DNA of 64,000 bases. Source: Planctomycetaceae bacterium. Lineage in GTDB: Bacteria; Planctomycetota; Planctomycetia; Planctomycetales; Planctomycetaceae. The position numbers and the translations under genes were made by a program. The stretch covers positions 40,590 through 104,589 of the forward strand of contig JBJTOP010000227.1 in the NCBI GenBank assembly GCA_046074645.1, read 5' to 3'. Shown piece after piece: positions 1 through 11,200 of this stretch. Positions within the stretch are counted from its first letter, which is position 1. Every line of letters starts with the position of its first letter. The notes beneath the pieces are model-generated. The model was not told where the DNA came from. It saw only the letters and a list, made by a program, of their open reading frames with translations, and searched no databases.

Positions 1-1410
1 ATCGTGGACTTCGATGACGATGCGTTTGACGGTTTCGCTGGAGGCGGCAGCGAGGACGAGTCGCATGACTTCGATAGAGAGGCTTTCGGCGGTTTTTACC
101 TGTCCGACGCCGTTGCACGACGGGCAATTTTCGTAGACGCTTCGTCGGAGCGAGGGTCGGATGCGTTGTCGTGTCATTTCGATGAGTCCAAAGGGACTGA
201 TGCGAAGGACACGAGTGCGTGCGCGATCGCGAGCGACGGCATCACGGAGGGCACGTTCGACTCCGCGGCGATGTTTTTCTTCGCGCATATCGATGAAGTC
301 ATTGACGATGACACCGCCGAGGTCACGGAGTCGAATTTGTCGGGCGATGGCATCAGCGGCACGGAGATTCATCTGGTAGGCGCTTTTTTCAGCATCCGAA
401 TCTGCGCGGAAGCTGCCGCTGTTGACGTCGATGGCGACGAGTGCTTCTGTTTGGTCGATGACGAGTGATCCACCGCCCTGGAGGGGTACGTAGCGGTCGT
501 GGATGCGGGCGATTTCGTCTTCGATGCCATACTTGTTGAAGATGGGTTCTGAGCCGGAGTATCTCTGGACGCGGTTGATGTGCGTGGGCATGACGATTTT
601 CATGAATTCACGAGCACGTTCCCAGGCGCTGTCTTCGTCGATGAGCACGGAATCGATTTCCGTGGTGTAGATATCCCGCATCGTGCGGATGATCATATCA
701 CTTTCTTCGTAGATGCCGGCAGGGGAGGGTGTTTTGCGGAGTTTGTTGACGATGGTTTCCCAGAGTCTGAGCAGGTAGCTGAGGTCACGTCGGAGGTCAG
801 ATTCCTCGCGGTCGATACCGGCAGTGCGGATGATGAAGCCGAGTCCTTCGGGGGGTTGCAGGGCTTTCATGGTTTGTCGGAGACGTTTGCGAGTTTTTTC
901 GTCTTCGATTTTGCGACTGACGCCGACGCGCTGGAGACCTGGCATGAGTACGAGGTAGCGGCCGGGGATGGAGATGTAGGTGGAGAGGGTTGGGCCTTTG
1001 TTGCCAATACCTTCCTTGATGACCTGGACGAGGACTTCGCTGCCGCGCTGGAAGATTTTCTGTATTGGGGGTTTGTTGCGGGCGTTGCGTTCATTGAGGT
1101 ATTTTGGTGGACGTCCGCCGTGGTCGTCGTCGTCATCGTCGTCTTCGGGGTCGCGGTCCTTTACGAGGTGCCGGTAGTACTGGTATTCGACATCGCTGAC
1201 GTGGAGGAATCCGTTGCGTCCGACGCCGAAATCGACGAATGCGGCCTGGATGCTGGGTTCGATATTGACGATGCGACCTTTGTAGATATTACCGACGTAG
1301 TTTTCGGCGCTGCTGCGTTCGACGTAGAGTTCTTCGAGGACACCGTCTTCGACGATTGCAATCCGGCTTTCTTCCGGTTGCAGGACATTGATGAGCATTT
1401 CCTTTTTCAT
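1..1410 (-). CDS. Ribonuclease E/G family endoribonuclease (3' end runs off window start; partial)
   Basis: Minus-strand frame starting ATG at 1410 (rc of cat 1408-1410) translates MKKEMLINVLQPEESRIAIVEDGVLEELYVERSSAENYVGNIYKGRIVNIEPSIQAAFVDFGVGRNGFLHVSDV. This is the classic RNase E/G S1 N-terminus (GNIYKG, AAFVD, GFLH). Near the window start the same frame gives CPSCNGVGQV, the CPxCxGxG Zn-link motif. No stop occurs in the window, so the ORF track missed it. The + ORFs 4..468 and 580..1443 are its D/E/G/F-rich antisense shadows. Confidence 0.75.
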   Translation of the reverse strand, partial: MKKEMLINVLQPEESRIAIVEDGVLEELYVERSSAENYVGNIYKGRIVNIEPSIQAAFVDFGVGRNGFLHVSDVEYQYYRHLVKDRDPEDDDDDDDHGGRPPKYLNERNARNKPPIQKIFQRGSEVLVQVIKEGIGNKGPTLSTYISIPGRYLVLMPGLQRVGVSRKIEDEKTRKRLRQTMKALQPPEGLGFIIRTAGIDREESDLRRDLSYLLRLWETIVNKLRKTPSPAGIYEESDMIIRTMRDIYTTEIDSVLIDEDSAWERAREFMKIVMPTHINRVQRYSGSEPIFNKYGIEDEIARIHDRYVPLQGGGSLVIDQTEALVAIDVNSGSFRADSDAEKSAYQMNLRAADAIARQIRLRDLGGVIVNDFIDMREEKHRRGVERALRDAVARDRARTRVLRISPFGLIEMTRQRIRPSLRRSVYENCPSCNGVGQVKTAESLSIEVMRLVLAAASSETVKRIVIEVHD

Positions 1411-1504
1411 GATGGGCCTGGTCTGACTGGTTGGTGTTTGTGATTGTTTTGTGACAGCCGGCGAACGTCGCGGGCTGTTGTACGGGATTTTTGGGGGCAG
1501 TGGT

Positions 1505-3265
1505 TCAGAAGCCGCTGCCCTCATCAAGATCAGGGCAGAGTCTGACGAGCTCTCCCTGGAGAAAATGTTCGACGTCGCGCGCCAGATCGAGCGAAAGGGC
1601 GTGCTGAGCAATTTTTTTTGCATCGTCCAAAGAGAGACTGCGGACGACTTCCTTGAGCCGTGAGATGGCCTGGGGAGTGGCGCTGAGGCTTTTGAGTCCG
1701 AGACCGATCAGGAGCGGAATGAACCGCGGCTCGGAACTCATTTGTCCGCAGACGTTGACTGGTTTTTTATGTTTATCTGCCGCCTGCACGACCATCTGGA
1801 TGAGCCGGAGGATGGAGGGGTCTCCGGAGCGATACAGATTGGCAACGGTCGGATCAGAACGGTCGCAGGCAAGAGTGTATTGGATGAGATCGTTGGTACC
1901 AATTGAGAAGAAGTCGACTTCTTTTGCAAATTCGGGAGCGAGGATTACGGCGGAGGGAACTTCGACCATCATGCCGACGGGGATGTTTCTTTGGAACGGA
2001 AGTCCTTCCTCTTCGAGGTCTTCCATGACGTCCATGAGGATCATTTTTGCCTGACGGAATTCGAGGAGAGAGGAGACGAGTGGAAACATGATGCGGACGT
2101 TGCCGCGGACGGAGGCCCTGAGAATGGCTCGGAGCTGCCGTTTGAACATTCCCGTGCTGCGGAGGCTGAGGCGGATACTGCGGAGCCCGAGCATGGGATT
2201 TGGGGATTCTGAGAACTGGTGTTCCAGCACTTGCGGGACTTTGTCGGCGCCGAGATCGAGGGTGCGAATGACGACGGGCAGATCTCCGCAGGCATCGAGC
2301 ACACGGCAGTAGGCTTCGAAGTGATCAGCTTCGGAGGGTTCTCTGTTACCGCTGAGGAAGAGGAATTCAGTGCGATAGAGTCCAATTCCGTCGGCTCCGC
2401 GGCTGATACACTGGCTCACTTCTTCGGGGAATTCGATATTTCCACCGATGGTGATTCGATGTCCATCGACGGTTTCGGCTGGGAGTCGTTCGACTTGTCT
2501 GAGTCGTTCGCGGACGCGCAGGTTGCGGGCCTGGGAATCACGGACGCGGGCGAGCGAATCGGCGTCGGGGTCGATCAGTATCTGTCCGTGGTCGCCATCG
2601 AGAATTGCGTTTTCACCACCGGAGATTTTGCTGAGGCAGCGACCGAGTCCGACGATGGCGGGGATTTCCAGAGCACCGGCAAGAATGGCGGTATGACTGG
2701 TTTTTCCGCCGACCTCGGTAGCGAAGCCAAGTACGAAGCGCGTGTCGAGATCGGCTGTTTCGCCCGGGGTGAGTTCGTGGGCGAGGAGAATCACGGGTTC
2801 GGTGAGGTTTCGCAGTTCTTCTCGGCTTTCGCCGAGGAGCTGTCGGAGGAGGCGTTTTTCAAGGTCGAAGATGTCGAGGGCTCGTTCGGAGAGGTAGCGA
2901 TCGCCCAGTTTTTCCAGTTGTTCGGCATAGCCACGAAGGACGCGACTGACGGCAGATTCCGGGGAGCGGCAGTGATCGCGGATCAGGCTTTCGACTTCGC
3001 GAATGAGTCGCGGGTCCTGGGCCATCTGCAGATGTGCGGAGAAGATAGCGCCGTATTGCTGACCGAGCTGGGAGGTGACGAGTTTTTCGTTGGCCTGGAT
3101 GTCGTTGCAGACGTGTTCCAGGGCAAGATGGAAGCGGTGCAGTTCTGTATCAACGGCGTCCCGCGCGACATAGCGTCCGGGGATGCGAAAGTTCTCGGAA
3201 CCCAGCACCAGCACCGGGCCCGTGACAATACCGGGCGAAACTGCAATTCCAGCGAAAACCTTCAT
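1505..3265 (-). CDS. ptsI: Phosphoenolpyruvate-protein phosphotransferase (PTS enzyme I)
   Basis: 640-aa ORF. The likely true start is the internal [21 protein letters not shown] (ATG at 3265). It has the phospho-His region [23 protein letters not shown] and the C-terminal PEP-utilizing motif CGQMSSEP. No adjacent HPr or EIIA gene is seen. Confidence 0.85.
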   Translation of the reverse strand: MKVFAGIAVSPGIVTGPVLVLGSENFRIPGRYVARDAVDTELHRFHLALEHVCNDIQANEKLVTSQLGQQYGAIFSAHLQMAQDPRLIREVESLIRDHCRSPESAVSRVLRGYAEQLEKLGDRYLSERALDIFDLEKRLLRQLLGESREELRNLTEPVILLAHELTPGETADLDTRFVLGFATEVGGKTSHTAILAGALEIPAIVGLGRCLSKISGGENAILDGDHGQILIDPDADSLARVRDSQARNLRVRERLRQVERLPAETVDGHRITIGGNIEFPEEVSQCISRGADGIGLYRTEFLFLSGNREPSEADHFEAYCRVLDACGDLPVVIRTLDLGADKVPQVLEHQFSESPNPMLGLRSIRLSLRSTGMFKRQLRAILRASVRGNVRIMFPLVSSLLEFRQAKMILMDVMEDLEEEGLPFQRNIPVGMMVEVPSAVILAPEFAKEVDFFSIGTNDLIQYTLACDRSDPTVANLYRSGDPSILRLIQMVVQAADKHKKPVNVCGQMSSEPRFIPLLIGLGLKSLSATPQAISRLKEVVRSLSLDDAKKIAQHALSLDLARDVEHFLQGELVRLCPDLDEGSGF

Positions 3266-3641
3266 CCCGCTGATTCTAGCGGGAATTCCGGCCAACGGAA
3301 ATGAACTTGAAGTGCTGACGAGGAACGACCGCAGCAGAAAGCCAATCCGGATGAAAAACAGGTGATTTGGGAATAACGGGCAGTTTGAGCTGACTGATTG
3401 AGACAGCGTTGGAGTGTGGAATTTCAATTCGGATCGGCTGTTCTCGGCAGGCGCATCCCTGCAATGACTTGAATCAGAATCCGCGTTATCAGCGATTTTT
3501 CACGCGGAATCGGCAGCCTTTCCCCAATCGGAATTTTTGATGAAGCGATTTTGATGAACCGCCCGATAAAGAGGGCAACGCCGATGTCGCCGGGGGAAAC
3601 CGGCCGGGTTTGTTCGGTCGGACTGTGACAATCGGCAGGCA

Positions 3642-3887
3642 TTGCAGTTCAGGGGATCAAGGATGCGTCCCAGACTTCGTCTTTTCGTCGGCTCAGATGA
3701 CACCGATACCGTTGCGTTTCCTGAGCCCGAAGTCTCCATGAAGCTCGGTGAATTCACAAAGATACTGGCGGACGCGATTATCTGGGACCGCACATGGGTG
3801 AGTGATTTTGCGGATGAAGACGTGCGGGTCTCTGCGGACCTGTACGAGATTCTGACGATGTATTCGCAGATGCGTCCGAGCGCCTGA
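3642..3887 (+). CDS. Hypothetical small protein (81 aa) in a long intergenic region; uncertain
   Basis: It is the only non-overlapping ORF in the 637-bp gap 3266..3902. Codon third-position composition is mixed. It has no recognisable motif. Confidence 0.2.
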   Translation: MQFRGSRMRPRLRLFVGSDDTDTVAFPEPEVSMKLGEFTKILADAIIWDRTWVSDFADEDVRVSADLYEILTMYSQMRPSA

Positions 3888-3902
3888 GGTTGGGGATGGT
3901 GG

Positions 3903-5606
3903 TCAGGGCGCGGGTGCGGGTGCGGGCCTGGTGGCAGGGGGAAGCCCGGCGGCCTGCCGCAACTTCTGCAGTTCGTCTGCTTCCTTCACTCGCTTGTCTG
4001 CCGCGAAGAATTTGTCCACTGATTCTCTCATTTTTGTAATGAGCGATTCGATGCGGCGTTTAGCGGCGGCGTTACGAACGGCGTCGGCCTTTTGGAGTGC
4101 CGGGCTGCGGATGGCATCGAGTCGATCACTGAACTGCTGACGTGCGGGCAGAGCATCGATGCTGGTGACGGCGTTTTCGAATGCGGGCTTATCTCCGGCC
4201 GCCGAAGCCTTCTTCGCGATACTCATGTAGACAGCCTTTTCGGCAACCATATCGACGAGCTCATCGCGGAGCAGGTACAGGTCGCCTTCGACTCCGAGAC
4301 GAATGGAGTCATCGGGGAGCTTGACAGTTTCCCTGGGCATGACTCCCGGAGCATAGGGGATTCTTGCAAGGAGTGTCGAGCCACTGAAGGCGTAGAGCCA
4401 GAAAGTGGGTTTGGCGGGATCGACAGACAGTTGCAGTTCCCCGCTGCGATCAGTGAGGTGACGAACTCGCATTTCCGGTGGTGAATCGCGTTCCGGAACC
4501 TGATCGACACGGATGCAGACGAGCGGCCGATCGGGGCGGTCTCGCAGGACGAGTTTGACGCGGCTGGAGGAGGCCATCGGCCGCTGGCGAATGGCAATTT
4601 GCTGCAAGTTTCGACTTCCTTTGCCGCCATAGGGAACCGGACCGTGGGAGAGCAGAAGTCCGCGGACGCGAGCGGTATCGGTGTAGCTGGTGGAGGGTTC
4701 GGCAGCATCCGGCAGCGAGACGGGGGCGTCATCCTGGGAGAATCCTGCGGTGCCGAGAACGCGATTGAAATCGGTTATCTGAATGTAGCAGAGATCGAGC
4801 CGCTGGAGGATTTTGACTTTGCCTGGATTTTTGCGGTCCATTTGGCGAAGGAAGGTGCGGAGCACATCACCTTTGGCAATTTGAGCGGCCGAGGGGTCGG
4901 GTGGCAGGAGGTTGCCGGCCTGAAGGGTGAATTCGAGCTGTGATTTATCGATGGTAGGGCCGGAGAAGAGCAGGAGGGGGCGGAAGCAGTCGCGACCGAG
5001 TTCGCAGGCGGCATGAGCGACACTTTGGGAGGTGAACACGCTGCGTGAGAGGCTGGGAGAGAGTTCCTCGATGCGGGTGTCGTATTCGCGGCAGCTGACT
5101 GTGAATCCGGCCTGTCCACATTCGATGGAGACGAGCAGGAGTTTTTCGGTGGCGGCTTCCGGCCAGGTTTCGCGGAGATCGTTTTCGGTGAGTCGCTCCA
5201 GTTGGAGTTGAGTGCCGGGTCGGAACCATGCGGATTCACGAACCTGAGTGCGCCACATGCTGCCGTACATCCGCTGGAAGCCATCGCGGATTTGATCGAC
5301 GAGTTTGTATCGGAGATGTGGAGCGGCAGCGGCGGGGCCACTGAAGGCCACTTCGACGGCCACGCGGTAGGGACGATCCTGAAGGGGGATCACAGGTTCA
5401 GGTGTGGTCGCGGGTTGAGGTGAGCCGGCCGGAACTGCGGTGGGGGCGGGGGCGGGGGCGGGTGATGCGGGGGTGTTCTGAGCAGGTGCTCCCGAGGTTG
5501 CCGGCTGGGCAGTCGGGGGCGCGGGCGTATCCTGGGCTGCGGCGAAGGGCAGCACGGAGACGAACACCGGCAGGAGCATTGAGAGCAGGTTCCGTAGAAG
5601 TTTCAT
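3903..5606 (-). CDS. Secreted hypothetical protein with Pro/Ala/Thr-rich N- and C-terminal regions
   Basis: Signal-peptide-like N-terminus MKLLRNLLSMLLPVFVSVLPFAAAQ, followed by PAPPTAQPATSGAPAQNTPASPAPAPAP. The C-terminus ends ...ATRPAPAPAP. Its start overlaps the stop of the upstream gene by 4 bp (ATGA at 5603-5606), which suggests translational coupling. Confidence 0.6.
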   Translation of the reverse strand: MKLLRNLLSMLLPVFVSVLPFAAAQDTPAPPTAQPATSGAPAQNTPASPAPAPAPTAVPAGSPQPATTPEPVIPLQDRPYRVAVEVAFSGPAAAAPHLRYKLVDQIRDGFQRMYGSMWRTQVRESAWFRPGTQLQLERLTENDLRETWPEAATEKLLLVSIECGQAGFTVSCREYDTRIEELSPSLSRSVFTSQSVAHAACELGRDCFRPLLLFSGPTIDKSQLEFTLQAGNLLPPDPSAAQIAKGDVLRTFLRQMDRKNPGKVKILQRLDLCYIQITDFNRVLGTAGFSQDDAPVSLPDAAEPSTSYTDTARVRGLLLSHGPVPYGGKGSRNLQQIAIRQRPMASSSRVKLVLRDRPDRPLVCIRVDQVPERDSPPEMRVRHLTDRSGELQLSVDPAKPTFWLYAFSGSTLLARIPYAPGVMPRETVKLPDDSIRLGVEGDLYLLRDELVDMVAEKAVYMSIAKKASAAGDKPAFENAVTSIDALPARQQFSDRLDAIRSPALQKADAVRNAAAKRRIESLITKMRESVDKFFAADKRVKEADELQKLRQAAGLPPATRPAPAPAP

Positions 5607-8251
5607 GGTCGAATGATCCAGCGTTCCACGTTGTGGTAGGTGGACATTAGTTTGGGTGGGAGTCCGGAGACATTTTTTCGAAACACGGCATAGTCGTCCA
5701 CTTCCCAGAGCGGGATGAGGAAGGCCTGAGCGGCGATGTGGTTATGGATGCGGAAGAGTTTTTCCTGGGCATCGACGAAGCTGGCGGCATAGTCGAGTCC
5801 GACGAGTTCCTGTCGCATCCAGTCGGGGAAGAGCTGCAGTCGTTTCATATCGAGCGTGGGGTCGTTGGTGAGGACGGGCCAGAGTTCAAGCAGGGGTTCT
5901 TCCATGCGGAGCTGTCGATAGCAGATGTCCCATTCGGTATCTGCGAGCGGCTGTCCTTCACGATCGCCTTTAATGACATCGATTTCGAAGCCAATTTTTT
6001 GCCAGTAGGTAACGATGCGGTCGGCGGCTGCGGTGGAGATTGTGTCGGGTTCGACTACGAAGCGGAGCCTTGGGAGTTTGATATAGTCGACTTTGGTATT
6101 TTTGCGGAAGACTTCGGAGTCGAAGTTGACTTTGTCTTTGGTTGCCTGGGCTCGAGCGGCATCGGTGAGTTTTGTGAGTTCCGCGATTTTGAGTTGGCTT
6201 TCGGCAGCGAAGCGGAGGGCATAGGCGAGTTTGAGATTAAAGGCGGGCGGTTTTTGTCGGGGTTCGGTGGCGTAGCTGGAGAGGTGCCAGGCGGCGCTGG
6301 TGGGACGACCATGGCGAGCTTCGGGGTCTCGGAGCACGGTGGAGCGGAGAATTCCATCGCGATTGACGGCAAAAGACAGAGCGCGGCGAAGCTGAGCATT
6401 GGTGATGCGGTCTGAGAGCGGATTAAAGACGATGACGTGGGTCAGGGGGAGTGCGTAGGGGACAACCTGATGAGTGGACGCTTTGAAGGATTCGATTTCC
6501 CATGGAAGCAGATGTGGAATGCAGTCGATGTCACCGCGAATGAATGCCTGGATCATGTTGGAGCGATCGGCAAAGCGACGTTCGTGGATTTCGGCGATAT
6601 GATATTTGCCGGCGTCGAAGCCATCGGGTTCGGGAATGGCACGCACCCAGCGGGATTCGTCTGTGGTGGCTGCGGTTTGAACAAAGCGAGTGGAGACGAC
6701 GGCAGGTTTGGTTTCCGCCGATGGAGTGGTGGGAGCGGGTGGCTCTGACGGGGAAGCGTCGGTTGTGCTGGAATTTTGAGCGGCGTCACGAGCGGTGCTG
6801 GTGACAGGGAATCGCAGGAGCGATTCGATGCTGAGTGGGACTCGGGAGAAGCGGATGCGGAGTTGGGACGGGGAGCGGACGGCGACTTCGGAAACGAAGG
6901 AAGCGAGTCGGGTGTCGAAGAGTGGGTTTTGGGGGTCGATGCGGTGGCCGATGGCGTCGGCGACAGAGGCGGCGGTGAAGAGCGGCTGAGTCTGCCAGGA
7001 GGGTCGGGTTTCGCGGAGTGTGAAGAGCACTTCGCGGCCGAGGTCGGCGGGGTCCCAGATTTCGAAGAAGCCGGAGCGAAAGTAGGTGAGTTCGTCGGCG
7101 GAGGAAGGTTCGAAGAGGGAGGCTTCGACGAGTTCTTTCAGTCGTTCGCGTGATTCGAGTGGTGCGGGGTGAATACTTTGGCCGGTGAATTCATTGATAC
7201 CCATTCTGAGCGTCTGGTGGCGGGCGAAGTACTGGGTGTAGGCAGCGCGGGAGTTGCCTTCGGTGGGCCAGATGAGTTCGGCGCGTCGGGCGAGTTCGGC
7301 GGCGGCGGAGAAGTGGCGGGCGTTGAATTCGGTGGTGGCTTGTTCAAGCAGAGCAGTGCTGGACTGGAGCAGGCGGTTGCTGGTGGCCTGGACGAGTGGA
7401 TGTTGTGGGAAGAGTTTTTGTATGCGGCCGATGAGATAGCGAGTTTTGCGGAAGTCTTCTGCGGCAACAGCGGTATCGATCATGGGACCGACGATGGCAC
7501 CCATGCGATCGGGGAGTTCGGGGTTGCTGTTATTTCGCTGGTGGACTTCGTCGAGCATAGCGAGAGCGGCGTAGATTTCGCCGGCTTGAGCGCGTTGAGC
7601 AGCTTCGACCATGAGGAGTCGTTCGAAGCGAGGTGTGGATTTGTCCCAACCGGGGATTTCGGTTTCGACGCGGAGCAGGAGTTCGTAGGCGGTGCGGAAG
7701 TCGTTGATTTCAAGCAGCTTGTCAACTCGGAGCAGCATCAGGTCTTCGAAGTACATGATCTGCTCGACCTGCTCAACGGGGAGCGCGTATTCGGTGAGGT
7801 CCCCTGGGAGCGTGAAGACGAGTTTTTTGAGGCTTTTGAGTCGATTGGCGCGTGTTTCACGTTCTTTGGCATTTTGTGGGCGGGAGGCTTCGAGTTTTTT
7901 GTATTCGGCTTCCTGTCTGGCGAGTGTTTCGGGTCGAGGGAAGAGGGGATTGACGACGGCGACACGGCGGTCGGCTTCGTTGGCGGCCTTGATGACGACC
8001 CAGTCGAATTCCTTGTCGCTGGCGTCAGCGCGCAGCAGAGCGTCTGCTTCGGGGATGGGGAGTTCGGAGAGTCGCGGGAGTTCTGTGCGAGTGACTTTTT
8101 CGTCGGCCGTTGCGTGGCTGCAGAGGCAGATCAGCAGAGCGGTGGTGATCGCGAGGATGCCTGAGGCTGAGCCGCGCTGCGGGCCGACTTTGGAGTGGGC
8201 GGAGCGAGGGTTTGCGGTGGAGCGATGAAATGCGGACAGATTGCAGAACAT
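5603..8251 (-). CDS. Large exported protein whose C-terminal half resembles a family-5 extracellular solute-binding protein (SBP_bac_5-like)
   Basis: N-terminal signal peptide. The C-terminal segments IVTYWQKIGFEIDVIKGD, WDICYRQLRMEEPLLELWPVLTND, YAASFVDAQEKLFRIHNHIAAQAFLIPLWEVDDYAVFRKNVSG and NVERWIIRP match, from memory, the conserved C-terminal lobe of Opp/Dpp/Nik-type SBPs. No ABC permease or ATPase genes are adjacent. Confidence 0.5.
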   Translation of the reverse strand: MFCNLSAFHRSTANPRSAHSKVGPQRGSASGILAITTALLICLCSHATADEKVTRTELPRLSELPIPEADALLRADASDKEFDWVVIKAANEADRRVAVVNPLFPRPETLARQEAEYKKLEASRPQNAKERETRANRLKSLKKLVFTLPGDLTEYALPVEQVEQIMYFEDLMLLRVDKLLEINDFRTAYELLLRVETEIPGWDKSTPRFERLLMVEAAQRAQAGEIYAALAMLDEVHQRNNSNPELPDRMGAIVGPMIDTAVAAEDFRKTRYLIGRIQKLFPQHPLVQATSNRLLQSSTALLEQATTEFNARHFSAAAELARRAELIWPTEGNSRAAYTQYFARHQTLRMGINEFTGQSIHPAPLESRERLKELVEASLFEPSSADELTYFRSGFFEIWDPADLGREVLFTLRETRPSWQTQPLFTAASVADAIGHRIDPQNPLFDTRLASFVSEVAVRSPSQLRIRFSRVPLSIESLLRFPVTSTARDAAQNSSTTDASPSEPPAPTTPSAETKPAVVSTRFVQTAATTDESRWVRAIPEPDGFDAGKYHIAEIHERRFADRSNMIQAFIRGDIDCIPHLLPWEIESFKASTHQVVPYALPLTHVIVFNPLSDRITNAQLRRALSFAVNRDGILRSTVLRDPEARHGRPTSAAWHLSSYATEPRQKPPAFNLKLAYALRFAAESQLKIAELTKLTDAARAQATKDKVNFDSEVFRKNTKVDYIKLPRLRFVVEPDTISTAAADRIVTYWQKIGFEIDVIKGDREGQPLADTEWDICYRQLRMEEPLLELWPVLTNDPTLDMKRLQLFPDWMRQELVGLDYAASFVDAQEKLFRIHNHIAAQAFLIPLWEVDDYAVFRKNVSGLPPKLMSTYHNVERWIIRP

Positions 8252-8257
8252 GGAATG

Positions 8258-11200
8258 TTACCGCTGGAGGTCGGGTTTGACGGAGTAGAGGCTGCCGTCG
8301 AGTCCTGGGATAATGATCTGCTCACCCAGCTTCAGAAAACCTGCCTGCAGTTGCTGGGCGAGGTTGAGTGATTTGTCAGACGGTGAGCCATCGGGATTCA
8401 GTTTGAAGATACGACCATCGGAGCGGGCGACGAGGAACCCGTCGGGCACGGGGAAGGGGTTGCCGACAAGTGAGTACCCATCGAGGGGAATTGTGCCGGC
8501 GGGTGCCAGCCCATTTTCGGTGCGGAAGATGGCGGCACGTTCGCCGCCGATTTCGGCGAGGACGATATTTCCGGCGGCTTTGGGGGGAGCGGAGGCGACG
8601 CCGCCGAGGTCCTGTTGAGCGAGGAGTTCGAGGGTGGCGGTTTGCAGGACCAGCAGTTTTCCGGTGGTACTGGCGGCGTACAGGAAGTTCCCGGCGACAG
8701 TTGGAGAGAGTTCCACGGGTTGTGGGAGTCGAGTGACACCGACTTCGGCGAGTTGTGGTTTTGGAGTTGGGCGATATTCGACGCGGACGAGATCATTTGC
8801 GGCGGAGAGCGCGAGGACCTGTGTGTCGTTGAGTGCGACGAGGGCCTTCCAGGGCTGCTGTTGAGTCTGGTTCTGAGATGCGCGGTATTCTTCGGCTGTT
8901 TTTCCTTCTGCCATGGCGGTCAGGTGGAGTCGTCCGGAGGAGGCGAAGACGGCGCCTGCTGCGATGGCAACCGGGGGGACTTCGGGGGCATCTGGGAGTG
9001 TCCAGCGTCGTTCGAGTTGCCCGGTGGGTGTGAAGGTCCAGAGGGAGGGTTCGGGAGCGCCGGTCCAGGCGGCGGGCCTGCCGTCAGCGAGTACGAGCCC
9101 CTGAATGGGTGAGGCAAGTTTGTCGGGGAGTCGGAAGCGGCTGACACTTTCGATGACGAACGTGCCTTTGGCGATATCGGGGGCTGGCAGGCGATAGATT
9201 TCCCCATAGTCGGCGAGAGCGAGGACGGAGTTTCCGCCGGCTGAGGGTGCGAGGGCAATGATGCGAGTGCCGATAACGGTGCGCCAGATGCCCAGCATTT
9301 GTTCGCGGTCGGTTCGAGTGAAGAAGGTGGAGTCAGACTGGGCGGAGCGAGTGGTGAGGAAGGCGGACTCGTCGAGCACCTGAATGGGTTGGGAATGAAT
9401 GCCTTCTGCGGCGACAGCGGAGTCGAGTTCGACGGAGTTGGTGCGTGTGCGGAAGCGGCGGAGATCGCGACCTGCCAGCCAGAGTTGTCCTCCGGGGCCT
9501 GCGAGGAGGAACATTTGAGTCTGGAGGCCTTCTTCGAGTTGGTTGGCACCGATGCTGGCAAGCGGAGGCTGACCACGTTCGTCTCCAACGCGGAAGGCAG
9601 AAATTCGTTGCGGGGTGGACGGGACGAACAATTCGTAACCACGGAGGAGCGGGGGATCAAGGATCTGTCCATCGACTTCGTTTGAAGCGACGATGGAGAG
9701 ACGGCCATCGGATTCCGTTTGGAGGGTTTGAATGCGTCCTTTGGCTGAGGAAGCGTTATCGCAGAGGAGGAGGTAGCGGCCGGCAGCGAGCATGGGAACG
9801 CGAACGCTGTCCGGTCGATGGGGAATGTGGGAGACGGTTTCGCAGGCAAAGGGGTTGAGAGAGAGTGTGTAGACCATGGCCTGATCGCCTGGGAGCACAA
9901 GTTTCTGGCCATCGCCGGTCATGGCCGGCGGGCCGATGACGGTTTGAGGGAAGGCGAGTTTGGCGAGTGCGCGACCGTTGACAGCGGCGATCTGCCAGAG
10001 TTCCTGATTGTCGGTGGGTACGAAGACATTTCCGGCGATCAGGATGGGTTTGGCGGAGGGGCGGCTTTCGAGGGATTGGCGCCAGAGTGGCTGTCCGGTG
10101 GCTTGTGAGAGGAGCAGGAGTTCTTCGGAGAGAGTGCTGTAGACGAGAACTCCTTTTTCGGAGCCATCAACTTCGATGGGTTCGAAGGGTGCTTCTGTGC
10201 CGAGAACGGTTCTCCAGCGGGGGTCACCGGTATCTGCATCGACGGCCCAGCAGGAGTCGATGCCGATGGTGAAGATGAAGCGTCCCTGGGATGTGAGATC
10301 GGTGCGGCCCTGGGTTCTGAGTGCGAGCGTGGCGGCGGGGAGCGGGGAATTGGCGGGGTCGATGGGCGGGGCATCGCGGCCGAGATCAGTGCGGACGACG
10401 AGTTCTTTTTCGCGGTTGAGGATATCCGCGAGCATTTTAGTGACGTCTTTGTCGGTACTGAGCGAGGGGAAGCGATCGATGAGTGCCTGTCGTGTTTCGA
10501 GAGCGGGGACGGTTTCGCCGGCGGCGAGTTGGCTGGTGATTTTTTCGATGGTGGCTTTGAAGGATTGTTTGCGGGCGATGGCGCCTTCGGCGATTCGCTG
10601 GCGATCGACGAGGAATTCTTCGCGGGACTGGGGGATGCCGGTTTCGCCGGAGAAGCGTCGGAGAAGTTCAACAGCTTCGCGGCTGACGCGGAGGGCGTCC
10701 TCGGAGGCCGCCTGTTCGGCGACGATGGCACCGGCGTAGGCGAGTCTGTCGGAGTAGCGTCGGAGTGTATCGGTGAGTTCGTTGTAGCCTGGGAGATCGC
10801 CGCATTCGCTCATCAGATTCCGCAGTTCGGTCATACCGCGGATCACATCCGGAGTCGTGGTTTGAATGTATTTTTCGACGAGTGTGCGGTGGAGACCGAT
10901 ACGGGCTGCGGGAGTGGATTCGGTTTTGATGTAGACTTTGAGGAACTGAGTGAAGCGGGCTTCGGCGTCGAGATATTTCTGTTGTTCGAGGAAGGTTTGG
11001 GCTTCCTTGAGCATTCGGGATTCCGCATTCCGCTGATTGATGAACCAGAAGATAGCGGCGAGCACGAGGCAGACGATTGTGGTGCCGGAGAGGAAGAGGA
11101 CGACAGGGGATCGGGTGATGGACTGTTGTCCGGGGCGCTGCGGTCCGCCGGTGAGTCGATCGGACAGCAGTGCCATGCGACCGCGTTTGAGCTGCTGGCG

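Noticed and set aside
4-1443. + strand ORFs 4..468 (154 aa) and 580..1443 (287 aa)
   Set aside because: Their compositionally biased (D/E/G/F) translations have no motifs. They lie exactly antisense, sharing codon boundaries, to a well-supported RNase E/G gene on the minus strand.
2219-3304. 361-aa + ORF
   Set aside because: Antisense shadow of ptsI (1505..3265 -). No domain features.
7169-8164. 331-aa + ORF and neighbouring + ORFs 5738..6415, 6776..7153
   Set aside because: Antisense to the SBP5-like gene 5603..8251. G/E/F-rich shadow translations.
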